64,000 bases of DNA from Octopus sinensis (taxonomy: Eukaryota), in NCBI RefSeq assembly GCF_006345805.1, contig NC_043008.1, positions 76,694,001 through 76,758,000 on the forward strand, given 5' to 3'. The notes beneath the pieces are model-generated. The model was given only the letters and a program-made list of their open reading frames with translations. It was not told the origin of the DNA and made no database searches. The position numbers were made by a program, and so were the translations under genes. This document shows, in pieces, positions 1-13,649 of this stretch; the stretch's first letter is position 1; each line of letters begins with the position of its first letter.

Positions 1-1313
1 GAAAGGAGTTCCTGCTGTTTCATTATTTATCCAAATAAACCCTTAACGTTACTCCGGTGGCTCCGATGGTTCCTGTAACGTGGCTCCGGTAGCTGTAGCA
101 ACGTGGCCTCGGTGGCACAATGACGTGACTCAGGTGCCTTAAGCCGAAGATGTAAAACATAATTTGGATAAGTTTGTCTTCCAGGTCAGTAATAGTAAGC
201 AGAATCATAATCATTGTAAATCTTCCTTCAGCAATTCATTGATTCAACAATAGAGTTTAGAAAGTCAATTAACATGCTATTCCCCTTGAAAATGCTTTGT
301 ACAATCTTTAAAAAATTCGAAGGACATATTGAACAGTGTAAATTCTTGTTCCAGTATTACAGAATGATCATGGCTGGATGACTGACTATTGCTGCCTCTG
401 ACTTCTCTTTTCATCTCTCTGGTGTAGATAAAATAAACACCACCACACTGGAGTCCACTCAGTACACTGTAAATGAATTCCTATTATACACTAACTACCA
501 GTAATGTAATGAGGTCTACTCATTACACTATAACAGCTCATCCCATTATAAATTCTAAATTAGTGACATATTGGAGTCCAAACACGTTAAAATACGTAAT
601 GATATCCCAATGTTACGATGGAGTTCCAGATTTTAGTAGAAAAAATAAAAGAAAATGCCTATTAAAACGTACAAAAGCACTTGAAAATAAAAGAAATCTA
701 TCCATTCGTCTAATTTAAGCGATCGATATGAATAAATATTTTTTTAGTTCGATAAAATGATGACAACATGAATTATATTTTTATCGAGCAACGTTGGTAG
801 AGTTTGAACTCATATTAGCCAGATAACACGCTTAACTACATTATGGCTGCGTGGAATAAAATTAAGTGGAATAAAAACTAATCTAATCAATGTCAAAATA
901 AAAGGAAATAACGATATTCATGATATATTGATATTTGTTTCACTGGCTGAATAGAAATATCTTCTTCAAAATACCATTATCATCATGTTCTCTATTCATG
1001 AACGTCAGGATTTTTACTACATTTTGTGTGGTAAATCGGGAATATTGCTTTATAAAGATTTTTTCACTAAGCGCCAATAGCATGATTATTTTAGACAAAG
1101 AAAATTGGATGTAGTAACTGCCATGCCTTTTCCACGGTATTTATATAAGTGAAGTGGAATAACTTTCAACAAAAACGAAAATTTAATAAAATGGAGTAGA
1201 ATTAAAGTAGAATTAAACACACATACACGCACACCCACATACACCCACTAGCACACGCACACATACGCACACATAGTGGATCATAGTACTGGGAGGGGGC
1301 AAGGTTTCGGAGA

Positions 1314-1720
1314 GATCGCCAGGAAAATGTAATTTATAAATGTAGTGTTGAGACTCAAGGAGGCCAGAGAAAAATATATATTGGAAGCTCAGTAGACTTT
1401 AAGCAGAGGTATCAATCCCACCTGAGCACTTTCAACAATCCTAAATATAGGACATCTACAACATTAGCATTATATGTTAATGACCTTAAGGAAAGGAATG
1501 TTGAATTTAAATTATCGGGACTATCCTTGCACATGCCTCCTCCCCATATAGAATTGGGTCCACTAGATGCAGTTTGTGCATAAGGAAAGCATATATTATA
1601 TTGAAAAATTACAACAACGCAATGTTAAATAAATTCACTGATTCAATACCAGCGTGTACGCATAAGATCCACTCGACGTTCCATAAGAAATTTAGAAATA
1701 AAAATAGCAATAAAAGTTAG
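1314..1720 (+). pseudogene. Penelope-like element GIY-YIG endonuclease remnant (frameshifted)
   Basis: Manual translation ENVIYKCSVETQGGQRKIYIGSSVDFKQRYQSHLSTFNNPKYRTSTTLALYV..., then after a frameshift ...STRCSLCIRKAYIILK...MLNKFTDSIPACTHK. This is a VIY/YIG motif, R..H, and the C-terminal CxxC...LNK...C.H typical of PLE endonucleases. Confidence 0.8.
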
Positions 1721-2460
1721 AGGTAACAATAACAATTGAATTAAATATAGTAAATATAGTAAGTAGTAATTAAAATATAACTAAAGTATAATAATTGAAT
1801 CGTAATATAATAATTAAAAGAAAAAATAGCAAGTAGTATAAAATGTGTCAAGGACTTTGAACTCGAATATGTGGCTTTGCATGCATGGGAGAAGTTAAAA
1901 GATTAAATTAAATTAAGTGCAGAAGTGAAATAGTCCAGATGGAGCTGTGCGCATACCATTTACTATGGCTGCTGGATTGAATTATATACTTATAAAGTAG
2001 CATTCAATATCTATGAGAATTTTTCGGGAGTACGTAATGTCTCGTCTTTCGAATATAGCCGGTACGTAATTGTGCAGTTGTTCCCGTGTACTATGTGTTG
2101 TGCGTATAAAACATCCTGATGGGGGAGTCTTTTATTTATGTCATTGTATGTTTTATTACCCCAAACTTTTGATTTAACAAATTTATACCAAATGTTTTAC
2201 GAGTCTAAGCGTAAATTCAAGGTGTTATATATGCAACATTGATTCTCTTATATATTTATATACTTTTATATGATGTTTATGTATTTATATATTACTAAAT
2301 TTTTAAGCGACGGGCTTTATATCTGTTCTGTAGATATAAATGAATATATGAACATATATATATATGTTTGATCTTTCTGTGGATTTTGTAGTGTTCTTGT
2401 AGTTGCTGCTCGCATTGCCTCCCCTTGGATTTAAAAAAAGTGTATATATATATATATATA

Positions 2461-2631
2461 GGCGTAGGAGTGGCTGTGTGGTAAGTTGCTTGCTTACCAA
2501 CCACATGGTCCCGGGTTCAGTGACACTGCGTGGCACCTTGAGCAAGTGTCTTCTACTATAGCCTCGGGCCGACCAAAACCTTGTGAGTGGATTTGGTAGA
2601 CGGAAACTGAAAGAAGCCCGTTGTGTATATG

Positions 2632-2673
<42 letters not shown>

Positions 2674-2925
2674 CATATACACATCGGGCTTCTTATATGT
2701 ATGTATGTACGTGTGTATATATGTTTGTGTGTCTGTGTTGTCCCCCGCCTAACATCGCTTGACAACCGATGCTGGTGTTTACGTCCCCGTAACTTAGTGG
2801 TTCGGCAAAAGAGACCGATAGAATAAGTACCAGGCTTAAGAAATAAGTGCTGGGGTTGATTCGATTAAAAATTCAAGGTGGTGCTCCAGGATGGCCGCAG
2901 TCTAATGACTGAAACAGATAAAAGA
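2461..2925 (+). mobile_element. tRNA-derived SINE family A, full length
   Basis: Head GGCGTAGGAGTGGCTGTGTGG (A-box-like) and GGTTCAGT (B-box-like), CCTTGAGCAAGTG core, internal (TA)n/(TG)n, tail GGTGGTGCTCCAGGATGGCCGCAG. Homologous to copies at 5216, 36866 and 57972. Confidence 0.85.
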
Positions 2926-3549
2926 TAAAATATAAATATATATACAAGAGCAGAATAACGCAGAAGGGAGTCATCTTTTTATTATAACATCAAGTGCATA
3001 ATCTTTACACGTGTTTCACTATCGAACACTAGTATGTTGTGAAGTAAAAGCTAGTTTGGCGATTGCATAATCATATTGAAGAACCAGATCTTCAGAGTAA
3101 AATTGTAATTTATTTCATTATTTTTACTAGCATCAGTTACTTGACAATGCTAATTTAAAATTGTGTGACGTTCCGATGCATGTGTGTAATCGTCTACGTA
3201 ACGACAACCACCCAACATAGTAGTATTCGTTAATAAAACGCGTTAAAATTATGCACTTTATGATTTCATAATAAAAGGGGGAACTAACTCTATGCTATGG
3301 TTACCCCAACAGTATCAAATTAACAGCGAAACTCACAGCCTTTCGTCTGAAACGCATAAAAGAATGGAATTATAATTCACTTATTTTATCCTGCTCTTGA
3401 ATATAACTTCTGTAAATTGTTCATATGTATATAATGCCAAAAAAGTTCAGAAGATAAATCATTTATAATGCTTGACTAAAATTTGCATATAGATGGAGTT
3501 CTAAGCATTGGCTAACCGCTATACTATCTGATTCGAAAAAGCAATTCGT

Positions 3550-3694
3550 CATACATACACACATACATACATACATACATACATACATACACACATACAT
3601 ACATACATACATACATACATACATACACACACACATACATACATACATACATACATACATACATACATACATACATACATACATACATACATAC
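3550..3694. repeat. (ACAT)n tetranucleotide microsatellite
   Basis: Directly visible. Confidence 0.95.
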
Positions 3695-3789
3695 AAGCCC
3701 TTTGACTAGCTAAAGTTCCAGTCAAAACTATAGTTGACATGAGTTCATCGTAGGCCACCATCTTGAAGTTAAATACAAGGAGTAATCGT

Positions 3790-5421
3790 ATCATTACTGA
3801 TAGAATATAGTATCTCAGAGAATTTTCACACTGGACATTCTCTTTGTGATGCTTATACTTTCAGTAAACCCCTTGTCATTCATGTTAAGGAAGTCTGAAG
3901 GATATCTCATTGGTTCACAAGGAAACAGAAATCCCAAAATTACTCACTATTTTTAACATTTTCAAAGGCTAGAGGGTCGATGTTTGATCAGGATAAATGT
4001 TGCTATATGGTTGTGAAATGAGGGAAAACAGTAAAACAGACTAACATCTCCATTAATGACCTAACTGTTTCCCCTGTATCTGATGTGGAATGTTACAGGT
4101 ACCTTAGGGTGAATTAAAACATATCTTACGATGCACCTGTAACGAGACCCGTGTCACTAAAGAATATTACAACCGAATAAAGAAAATATGAATCTTGGAA
4201 CTCTCTACATTCGATAAAACGGTGGCCCACAATATATATGAAGTGCCAGCATTCACACCAACATTTGAGCTACTTGACTGGACGCTTGGTGGGATCCGAG
4301 CCATTGCTGCGTAAGCGAAAACCTGGAAGATAGCAACCAGCACACATAATTTGCACATCAACAGTGACGTAAACTACCCCTACCTAAAACGAAAACAAGA
4401 GGGCAGAGGCTTAACATCAGACTGCCTTTGAATGTCGTATCATATTCCTTCGGCAACATCTTTTAACCACTATGTGTGGAAGTGCATCCCTTGACCAAGT
4501 TTGCATACATGAGGCTGATAATATCATAAGACTTGGAAAGCAGCTCCTTGAGCAGCATTCCTTGTCTGATAATTTTAAATATATACCCAAAGACATCGCA
4601 CGACTCTACCGCAGCATATCATCAGATGAAAGGATGAGCGTATATCAGCAGAAGACCATCAATGGATATGTTAGTAGAAAGCCCCGAAATAGTAGTAGCG
4701 GTAATCATCATAGCAGTCTATTTTGGACCAAAAGCCGGATTACTAATTCTCGCTTTGAAGGGTATGCGTTTGCAATACAGAAACAAGAAATATCAACCAA
4801 ATACTTCATGCACAGAAGGGACAGAAACGCAGGAAAAGCAATAAAATGTGCAACTGATAAAGACGTTTTGGAGCTGACACCGGATATATCATCCACATCA
4901 TAAGCAGTTGTTCAAAAATGTCATCACGATTTATCTACAGATGAGACATGATGTTGTAGCTAGGACACTGTATAATGAGATCCGTCGGAAGAATAAGAAC
5001 ATGCAGTATGGTAGAAGCCATAGCCACTCATAATAAAAAAGAGTACTGGTGGAATGTCCCAGTGAAGACCGCTATAAAATATAAACATTATATACCTGAC
5101 ATACTAATTTGTGATAGAGAAGAGAAATTGTACAGTTGTGGAAATCCATTCCTCAGCGGATGCTAACATAAAGCTTAAGATCATCAAAAAAGAAAACACC
5201 GACACTGAACTTTCTTTTATTCTTTTATTTGTTTCAGTCATGTGACAGCAGCCGTTCTGGAGCACCGCATTTAGACGAGCAAATCGATCCCAGGACTTAT
5301 TCTTTGTAAGCCAAGTACTTATTCTGTCAGTCTCTCTTGCCGAACCGCTAAGTTACGGGGACGTAAACACACCAGCATCAGTTGTCAAGCGATGTTGGGG
5401 GGGACAAACACACACACACAA

Positions 5422-5486
<65 letters not shown>

Positions 5487-5830
5487 CGACGGGCTTCTTT
5501 CAGTTTCCGTCTACCAAATCCACTCACAAGGCTTTGGTCGACCGAGGCTCTAGTAGAAGACACTTGCCCAAGGTACCACGCAGTGGGACTGAACCCGGAA
5601 CCATGTGGTTGGTAAGCAAGGTACTTACCACGCTACTCCTGCGCCTATTGAGGAATATACAGCTACTCTATCCAGATTACAAGTTCAGGTATATACTTGT
5701 AATTATTGGGGCACTGGGATATGCAACACACTTCCTAAATACCAATCCGAAGAAATTAGGCATCTTATAACCAAAAAATGAGAAAGCTGATTAGAAGAGT
5801 ACAGATCCAACTGTACTCATTTGAACTGTA
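3790..5830 (+). mobile_element. RLE-type (R4/Dong-like) non-LTR retrotransposon remnant, interrupted by a SINE
   Basis: Fragments ...LILSVNPLSFML, YLKRKQEGRGL, FEGYAFAIQKQEISTKY, RHDVVA, YWWNVPVKT...PDILICD, and after the SINE YKFRYILVIIGALGY. Many stops and frameshifts. Confidence 0.8.
5216..5645 (-). mobile_element. SINE family A, full length, inserted in the LINE endonuclease region
   Basis: Reverse complement of the family A sequence. The LINE reading continues across it (...KENTDTEL | LRNIQLLYPDYKF...). Confidence 0.85.
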
Positions 5831-6178
5831 AAAATCTGTAAAACTTTCCAGAAATTTATCATCTAAGTATATATAAGCATGTCTAGACATGCAACTATAT
5901 GCATGAGAATACATACATAAAACAAAATCTGCACATACAAATCTGCACATAAACATACGTACATACAAAAATAGTTTGTTAATGTTGTTTCCAGTGACAG
6001 TCTTGGATCTAGGTTAGAACTGGCACTTCCTCTATTGGCAAGAAATCTTGAAATAAAACTGAATAAGGACATACATACATAGGTACATACACACATACAT
6101 ACATAAATACATACATACATACATACATACATACATACATAATACATACATACGCACAGACACATACATTTATACATA

Positions 6179-6408
6179 TGACCATCACCAAAAATAACAA
6201 TATCTGTTGCAACACATGGTTTCACATCAAGAATCTTGCAAAACAAATACATACTTACATATGAACATACAAACACGTGCGTGTGTGAGTGTGTCTGGAA
6301 AGAGAGGAAGAGAGAGAGAGAGTGTGTGTGTGTGTGTGTGTATTTGTTTTGCTGGATTCCTGATGTGAAATCATGTGTTGAAACATATTGTTATATTTGA
6401 TGATGGTC
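6179..6408. mobile_element. MITE-like element with ~70-bp terminal inverted repeats
   Basis: TGACCATCACCAAAAATAACAAT...GCAAAACAAATA (6179-6250) is an imperfect reverse complement of 6341-6408; the spacer holds (GA)n(GT)n. Confidence 0.7.
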
Positions 6409-6429
6409 ATTTTTTTTTTTGTCAATTAA

Positions 6430-6658
6430 CCACACGCACTATATACTTGTTATTCACTTCAGCTTTATTATAATGCTTATTTTAGTGTCTTTTGTCTGAA
6501 ATTATTTGTCACACATCTAGTGACCTCTTTAGCGACCCTCCATCCCACGTGTCTCCGCCTATTCTGTTAAGTCCATTGGCGAAAGATTTTAGACAAAGGA
6601 CACTAAAATAAGAATAATTATAAATCTGAAATGCTGAACGAGTATATAGTGCATGTGG
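6430..6658. mobile_element. piggyBac-type MITE (TTAA flanks)
   Basis: TTAA|CCACACGCACTATATAC ... GTATATAGTGCATGTGG|TTAA with ~70-bp imperfect TIRs; TTAA at 6426-6429 and 6659-6662. Confidence 0.7.
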
Positions 6659-7048
6659 TTAATTGGCCCAAAAATGGCCTTCCCCAAGTATAGCAATATC
6701 TATCTATCAATATTCATATGTTTGTGTGTGTGTGTGTGTGGTGTGTGTGTGTGTGTGTTTGTATGTGTGTTTGTGTGTGTGTGTGTGAGTGTGTGTGTGA
6801 GTGTGTGTGCGTGTGTGCGTGCGGTTGTATGTGTGTGTGTGCATACGTATACATATGACTAATTTCTTTTTATACTACAAGAGATGCAGGTGAACAATTC
6901 GATCTTTGTATACTGAGTTTCCTTCATTTCGACGGCCTCTACAATCCATTCGGCCAGTGCTTATCGCACTAGGATAGGACGTTAGTCTTCTGTTAGTAGC
7001 TTTAACATGCAATTCACACTACAATTTAATACACTACTCACCAATTTA

Positions 7049-8338
7049 CGAGGGGCGTTCAATAAGTAATGCCCCTGACACACTTCCCATAGCAGTAGAG
7101 CAACGAAACTTGGCACAGTTATTAGTCTTTTTCTACATAGGAACCACCCAGAGCTACGCATTTCTCCTATCGTTTGATGCAGCTCTGGAGACCGTTTTTG
7201 TAGAAGACCCCAGCTTGGTCCTCCAACCACAACGTGACTTCAGAAATCAAGGCTGCATCATCTGGGAAACGCTTTCCTTTCCAAAACAACTTCATGGCTG
7301 GGAAGAGGTGAAAATCAGAGGCTGCAAGGTCAGGAGAGTAGGGGGGATGGGCGAGGAGTTCATAGCCGCACGCCTGTGCTTCTGATCTGGCGACACGCGA
7401 GTTGTGGACCGGAGCGTTGTCCTGCAGGAGGACAACCTTTGCTGATCTTGCCCCGCCTCTTGATTATGATAGCTTCTCTTAATTTCCTCAGAAGAGAAGT
7501 ATAATAGGCTCCTGTAATTGTGGTACCCTTTGCCAGGAAATCTGTCATCACTACTCCGTCCTGGTCCCAGAAGACTGTAAGTATGACCTTGCTAGCGGAG
7601 GGCTGCACCCTTGCCTTCTTTGGAGGAGGTGAGTCACGGTGCTTCCACTGCATTGACTGAGCTTTGGTCCCTGGATCATAGTGATGGACCCAGGTTTCAA
7701 CCTGTGTAATCAGTCTTTTGAAAAATTTTGACTCATCTTCATGGCACATCTCCAAATTCATCCTCGAGCACACGACGCGTTCTTGCTTCTGGAAAGGTGT
7801 GAGCAACCTGGGAATCAATCTGGCAGACACCTTTTGCATATGCAAATGGTCATGAATGATAGTTTCCACAGACCCGGTACTAATCTTGACTTATGAGCTA
7901 TTTGGCGAATAGTTATGCGTCGATCTTCCAAAATGGCAGCTTCAACTTAACGAACAGATGCCTTATCAATGGCAGAAGGGGGGCGACCAGATCTGGGAGC
8001 TGTTTCCACAGAGTTCCGACCATGTTTGAATTCACGATGCCAGCGTTTTACAAGGTCATATGATGGGGCATCATCACCATAAGTTACTTTCATTTCATTA
8101 AAAGTATCCCGTGGTGAGCGTCCTTTCAAATACAAAAACAGGATCACTGCTCGACACTCAACAGGCTCCATTTCACACTTGACTCAGTTCAAACACCTGT
8201 AAATCAGAAACCACGATTAGTTCAAAGCTGTAATTTACCATTTAATCTATAGAGATATAAATAATTGCTGGTGCAAAATTGTAGCTAGATCAAACAACTG
8301 CAAGTGGATCAGAGGCATTACTTATTGAACGTCCCTCG
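7049..8338 (-). mobile_element. mariner (DD34D) transposon, full length, inactive
   Basis: TA-flanked TIRs CGAGGGGCGTTCAATAAGTAATGCC (24/25 match), about 1.29 kb, contains a transposase pseudogene. Confidence 0.93.
7122..8171 (-). pseudogene. mariner transposase pseudogene
   Basis: MEPVECRAVILF...RSGRP; KVSARLIPRLL; ITQVETWVHHYDP (first catalytic D lost); LLQDNAPVH...HPPYSPDLAASD. Premature stop near 7947 and a frameshift near 7430. Confidence 0.9.
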
Positions 8339-9656
8339 TATAGTACGTAATAGTATTGTTCTAACCATGCAGCACCTATTTAGAACTGAGATTTAAAAAA
8401 TAATAAATTTTATGTTGCTGTTGTAATTGTTGTTGGTCTTATTGTTAATGTCATCTTCTTTGACCTTGTTTTTTAACTTTTACAGAATATAACCACCTGA
8501 ATGCGTTCAAATCAAGGGATACAGCCCAGTGAGTGAAACTTTTCGGCAGATGAGTTTATCAAGTCAATGGCAAATATAACAACATGCTGAGCAGATGAAC
8601 AGACAACAAAGTGTCAATGGCCAAGATCAACCATTTCAGTAAGCGAGCTGCTGCTTTCATCTGTAAATCGGGCGTACGTAGATGAAATATTTCAGCTACC
8701 GAAAGACCAATGTGACTAAAACGTAAATCTGACGTGGAAAATTTGCTTTGGTCCGGGAAAGTCGCCCGATGAGGTTGATTGAATGATTGAAATAAAATAT
8801 CTCTTGACCACAGATACAATGTTGTTGAATTCACAGAATTTCAACGTCTCTTGGTTGCTTTCCCAATACCTTATCGCTTCGACTCTCTTAGACCTATCCT
8901 GCTCGTGAGAGAGAACGAGAGGGAGACAATACGAAATACCTTAATACATGTCTACCAACACATCTGAAATGTTAATATTTTATTATTTTGTCTCAAAGCA
9001 CACCCGCCCCCATTATCACTTATTTAAAACTATCTTTCAACGAAATAACATCTTACATGACACACTGGATAGCACTACCAATAACCTGATACGGCGACCT
9101 TCAACGTAGTTACTTTAAATAATGTCCTGTTGTTGACTTCTAGAATTGTTGAATCAAAATGAATTTCTTCAATATTACAGATCATTTGATTTTCTACAAA
9201 TTCACGTCACGTCGTACACCTAGGTTCTTATTTAAGCAACCAACGTAAGTGGAATTTGGTTAATAAGTAGTTGGGAAAGTGAGGTGTGAGATAGAGAATT
9301 GACTGCTAGTTGTCACACATACATCCATAACAACCTATGCTTTGCATGACTCTTACTTTCTTATTATCAGGGCTTCCATCTTAATTTCCTTAATTCTAAA
9401 TCCCTTTCCTTATCTGAACCAGTTTCTTCCCTCTCTTCATACAACAATGTTACCTAAGACCTTTGGTCTTGGGTTTTTTTGTTTGTATTGTTTTTGTTGT
9501 TGTTTTTTGTTGTTTTTTGCTTTGTTTTTTGTCTCACTGCTACAGTTTGAATGACCCACACAAGTCAAAGCTTCGAAGTCACACGCAATGAAATTACAAT
9601 ATTAGACTCTACTCTTGTACTGGGACCGCTATAAATTATTGAAGAGGGGGAGGGGG

Positions 9657-9775
9657 AGAAGAAGAAGAAGAAGAAGAAGAAGAAGAAGAAGAAGAAGAAG
9701 AAGAAGAAAAAAAGGCAGAAGAAGAAGAGGAAGAAGAAAAGGCAGAAGAAGAAGAGGAAGAAAAGGCAGAGAGGA
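9657..9775. repeat. (GAA)n / purine-rich repeat
   Basis: Directly visible; source of the spurious poly-R ORF. Confidence 0.9.
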
Positions 9776-9811
9776 GGAGCTAAAGCTTGAAATTTTAAGG
9801 GAAGCTAGATC

Positions 9812-9958
9812 ACCTGTGCTGAACGGCACTTACTTTATCGACCCCGTTAAGATGAAAGGCAAAGTCAACCACGGCGTCATTAGAACGTAGAACGTAAAGT
9901 CGGAAGAAATGCCGGAGCTTTTTGTCGGGCACAATAACGATTCTACCATCCTCCGCCT
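9812..9958 (-). mobile_element. tRNA-derived SINE family B fragment
   Basis: TTTATCGACCCCG..GATGAAAGGCAAAGTC motif shared with copies at 13.7, 19.4, 42.2 and 52.2-52.9 kb. Confidence 0.7.
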
Positions 9959-10964
9959 TTTCTCTCTCTCTCTCACTCTGTATAAATATGTGTGTTTTAT
10001 ATGTATGTATGCATGTATGTGTGTATGTATGTATGTATGTATGTATGTATGTATGTATGTATGTATGTATGTATGTACGTATGTGTGTATGTATTGAATA
10101 AGAACCCTAAAAATTGCAGCTTAAATATTTCTGTTCTTGTGTTTTTCGTTCGAATCCTTCTTTCCCCTGACAAACATGTCGCACTTATGCCTAAATAAAA
10201 GGCATCGAAATTAACACCTCTCGGTTGGTCTCTGCTTGTTCTCTTGTTGGCAGGCAAATCTATGTGTGAAATGGTGTATTTCTGAACAGAACGATAGAAT
10301 AGAGAATGGAAATATAGAGTTAAAAAAAAGACAGAGATAAAAACTCAATTATTAGAATTAGATATCTTAAGCAAGTATCTTTACTGTATTTTTTCTTTTG
10401 TTAGTGATTGAATTACTTGCATCAAAGGTGTAAAATATTGTTTTTAATGAATACTTCACAGCTGATATCATAACGGCCATTTATATTCGACTAGTGATAT
10501 GTCGCTTATGTCTTGGAAAACATAATTTGGCAACGTGTTCACCATAAAAGCTTCATAATGAAACCGTATCCTGATAAAATCAGAATATTAAGCATATTTT
10601 GGTAATGTTGTGCCATTCATATGCATCAATTTAAAATACATTTTCTTTTCTCTTTCATCAAAGCATTTCTCTGTGGTTACCTCCAGTTTTGGTCTATATT
10701 TAACGGAATTTACTGACATTATCACAAAAAAACACAGTTTATGCTAAACGCTTTCAAAGTACATACAAAACTATTCCGCATATAGATTTTAGTATATTTA
10801 TGTTTTTCGCTTGTTTGTTTGTTTGTTTTTTAACTTCTTTAAATAACTGTTTTGTGATTTGATGTTTGAAATCAAGCTATTTCTCCCCTTCTGGAAATCC
10901 ACAAATATTTATCCTAATTACTCTGCTTATAAATATATATTCGTGATTTATTTAGATGCTAGCA

Positions 10965-11013
<49 letters not shown>

Positions 11014-11619
11014 GTGTGTGTGACTGTCTGTGCATCTGTATGCATATGGATGTGCTAGTGTGTGTGTGTGAGTGAAAGTAACATAGGGATGGATAGGGTG
11101 ACGGATAAAGCAGCATGAAAAGTTGGTTAATAAACGACTTAATATATTTCAAGTGCAGATATGGTGGTATAAGTTAAAACTTGCATGAAATAAATTCAGG
11201 ATACGGTTTCTCTTCCTGGCAGTTCTGACTTCATATCATTAGCAATGATTCAATACATCCTATACATCTTCCCTCCCCAATAAACTAGAAGTTATGCTAG
11301 CATACATATATAAGGAAAATTGAGAAACCAATTACTAGTAGGCGTGGTCAAATGAGAAGGGTTGTGAGTGATGGTTATTATTAGGAATCTGAAAGGGTGT
11401 AGCCTACATTAATGGGTGTGGTCATGTTTTAGTGTAGGTTTTCATATTTTCTTTTACTCTCAAAGAGGCTTCCTCTTTGGGAGTAAAATAATAAGACTAG
11501 AGAAGATCACTTAACTCAGTATCAGAAAAATTTGTTCCCTCTCACTCTCACTCCCCTCCTTCCAATTAAATATCTATACATATATGTATATGTGGGCAAG
11601 TGCGCTTGTGCGTGTAAAC

Positions 11620-11648
11620 AATACATATATCTATATATACATATATAT

Positions 11649-11707
<59 letters not shown>

Positions 11708-11723
11708 ATATATATATGTATAT

Positions 11724-11790
<67 letters not shown>

Positions 11791-11851
11791 TGTATGTATA
11801 TTATATTATATTATATTATATATATACATATATATTATATATATATATATG

Positions 11852-11903
<52 letters not shown>

Positions 11904-11905
11904 TA
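11620..11905. repeat. long interrupted (TA)n microsatellite
   Basis: Directly visible. Confidence 0.95.
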
Positions 11906-13649
11906 CATACATACATGCATATGTACATGCACACATATAAAGCATTTATCACAATATATATATATTACACGCACGCGCTCACACACGCGCACACACACAT
12001 TTACACCAATACATAGGTGTTTGGGTCTATATGTATGTCACCGTGCGTATCATGATATTTTACGCATACACACTTTCTCATACGGATGAAATTTAACGAA
12101 TTTAATTAGATACAGCTTGCTGAAAACACGATTTATAATATGCGTGTTTATAAATACACACACACATATACGTACATATGTGTGTGTGAGCGGGCGTGAT
12201 TGTATTTTTATGTTTTTATACACATTTTTATGTACATATTCTTAAGTACGCATTAAGAATGTATATATTAAATTATACTCTGTGTGTATTTGTGTATGTG
12301 TGTGTGTTTGTGTGTGTGCGTGCGCGCTCGCGCTATAAATATATATAAACAGCTTAAGTATTGTGTAAACGTGTATATCTTTCTGTATATGTCAACATAT
12401 TTGTGTGTTTTTTGCGCGTGCATATGTGTGTATATGTGTGTTTTTGTGTGCGTGTGTTTCTGTGCTCGTATTTTGTAAGATCAATAAAAGCAAAATGAAA
12501 TTAGCATTTGAACATTATAATTTTAAATTTTCTCTTTAAATGAGCCTCAACCTATCCATTTGAAATGAAAACAAAATATATAGGCGGCAGCAGCTGCTGC
12601 GATCATTACAGTGAAAGTGGAAGGTCGTCTTTGCTCAATTCTTTGACAATTTGTTACCTCTGAATGTTCCATGTGACGTTAATGAACGGTGATAGAATAA
12701 ATATATGAAGAATTATTGGCCACATTCTTTAATAGAAGACACTTCTCTGACATAAGAGCGAATTTAGAAAATATTAATTGCTTTTTATACAACTGAAATA
12801 TTTTCAATGTTTTCGTTGAAACGAAATATATCTTCATTGATCCATTTATCTTTATCAAATTTTGGAATAAGAGAATCTGATTAATAACAGCTTGGAAATC
12901 CATGTTGCTGTTGCTGCTCTGCTATTTGTTTCATACAATTTCGATTAGATGTAATATTGGTGTTTCGTTTCTACATTCTCCGTAAATTCGAATCAGAAAC
13001 ATGTCCACCGTCGTATTTGACAAATTTATCAAAATTTTATCTTAGATAAATATCAAACAAAAAAATTGTATTTTTTTACAATGTTTCAGTTTTGTTTATA
13101 CAAATAGAAAAACGTTTCATAACTTTAAAACATGAGCAGTTTTGTGATATGTGACTGATATGGCTTTCACGCAAGATTCGAAATAACTTGATGGATGAGC
13201 CAAAAAAAGAAACAATATTGTATTGATTCTATATTCAATATCCTATTAGATATATCAGCACACATTGAATGATGTAGCTCTGTATACAGTATATTTGAAT
13301 AAATGATGAAGTGGTCACAACTGGAACTCTTTTCTTATAAGTCTTTAGACAACAACTAGACAACAACAACAACGTCTTCACTGGACTGATTCTCTGAGAG
13401 TTGTTTCCAGAGCATTTACTAAAATTGAAAGCAAGACGCTTGGTCAAAGCGTATCAAGAGCTTGCTTGTTGTTCAAGGAGGTTTGGGATGTTAAATTAAA
13501 CTATAAATTTGTTACTTTAATACGAGACTAGAAATGTGAAACTGTTGACTATAGTAGACTTGATTAGCCAAAATATCTAATTTCAGAATAGGCTTAATGC
13601 TGAAATTTGAACCCAAAACATAGAGCAGTAAACTTAAATAGGTTTCTAA

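Noticed and set aside
23-214. 63-aa minus-strand ORF ending ...TGTIGATGVTLRVYLDK, loosely like the phosphoglucomutase C-terminal motif
   Set aside because: The similarity covers only a few residues, a stop follows immediately, and there is no supporting splice context or neighbouring exon. A tblastn search would be needed.
2107-2200. Hammerhead-like remnant (TAAAACAT-C-CTGATGG-GGG...CCC-CAAAC...ATGTTTTA) downstream of the PLE endonuclease
   Set aside because: Two core positions deviate (A9, G12) and stem III cannot be formed convincingly; at best a dead relic.
8488-8920. Non-repetitive-looking stretch with possible splice signals (TTTTACAG at ~8480-8487, GTGAGT at ~8528) and a 91-aa minus-strand ORF
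   Set aside because: No recognisable protein similarity, and an exon cannot be established without transcript data.
9615-9890. Poly-Arg 91-aa ORF (protamine-like appearance)
   Set aside because: It is a (GAA)n repeat fused to a SINE fragment.
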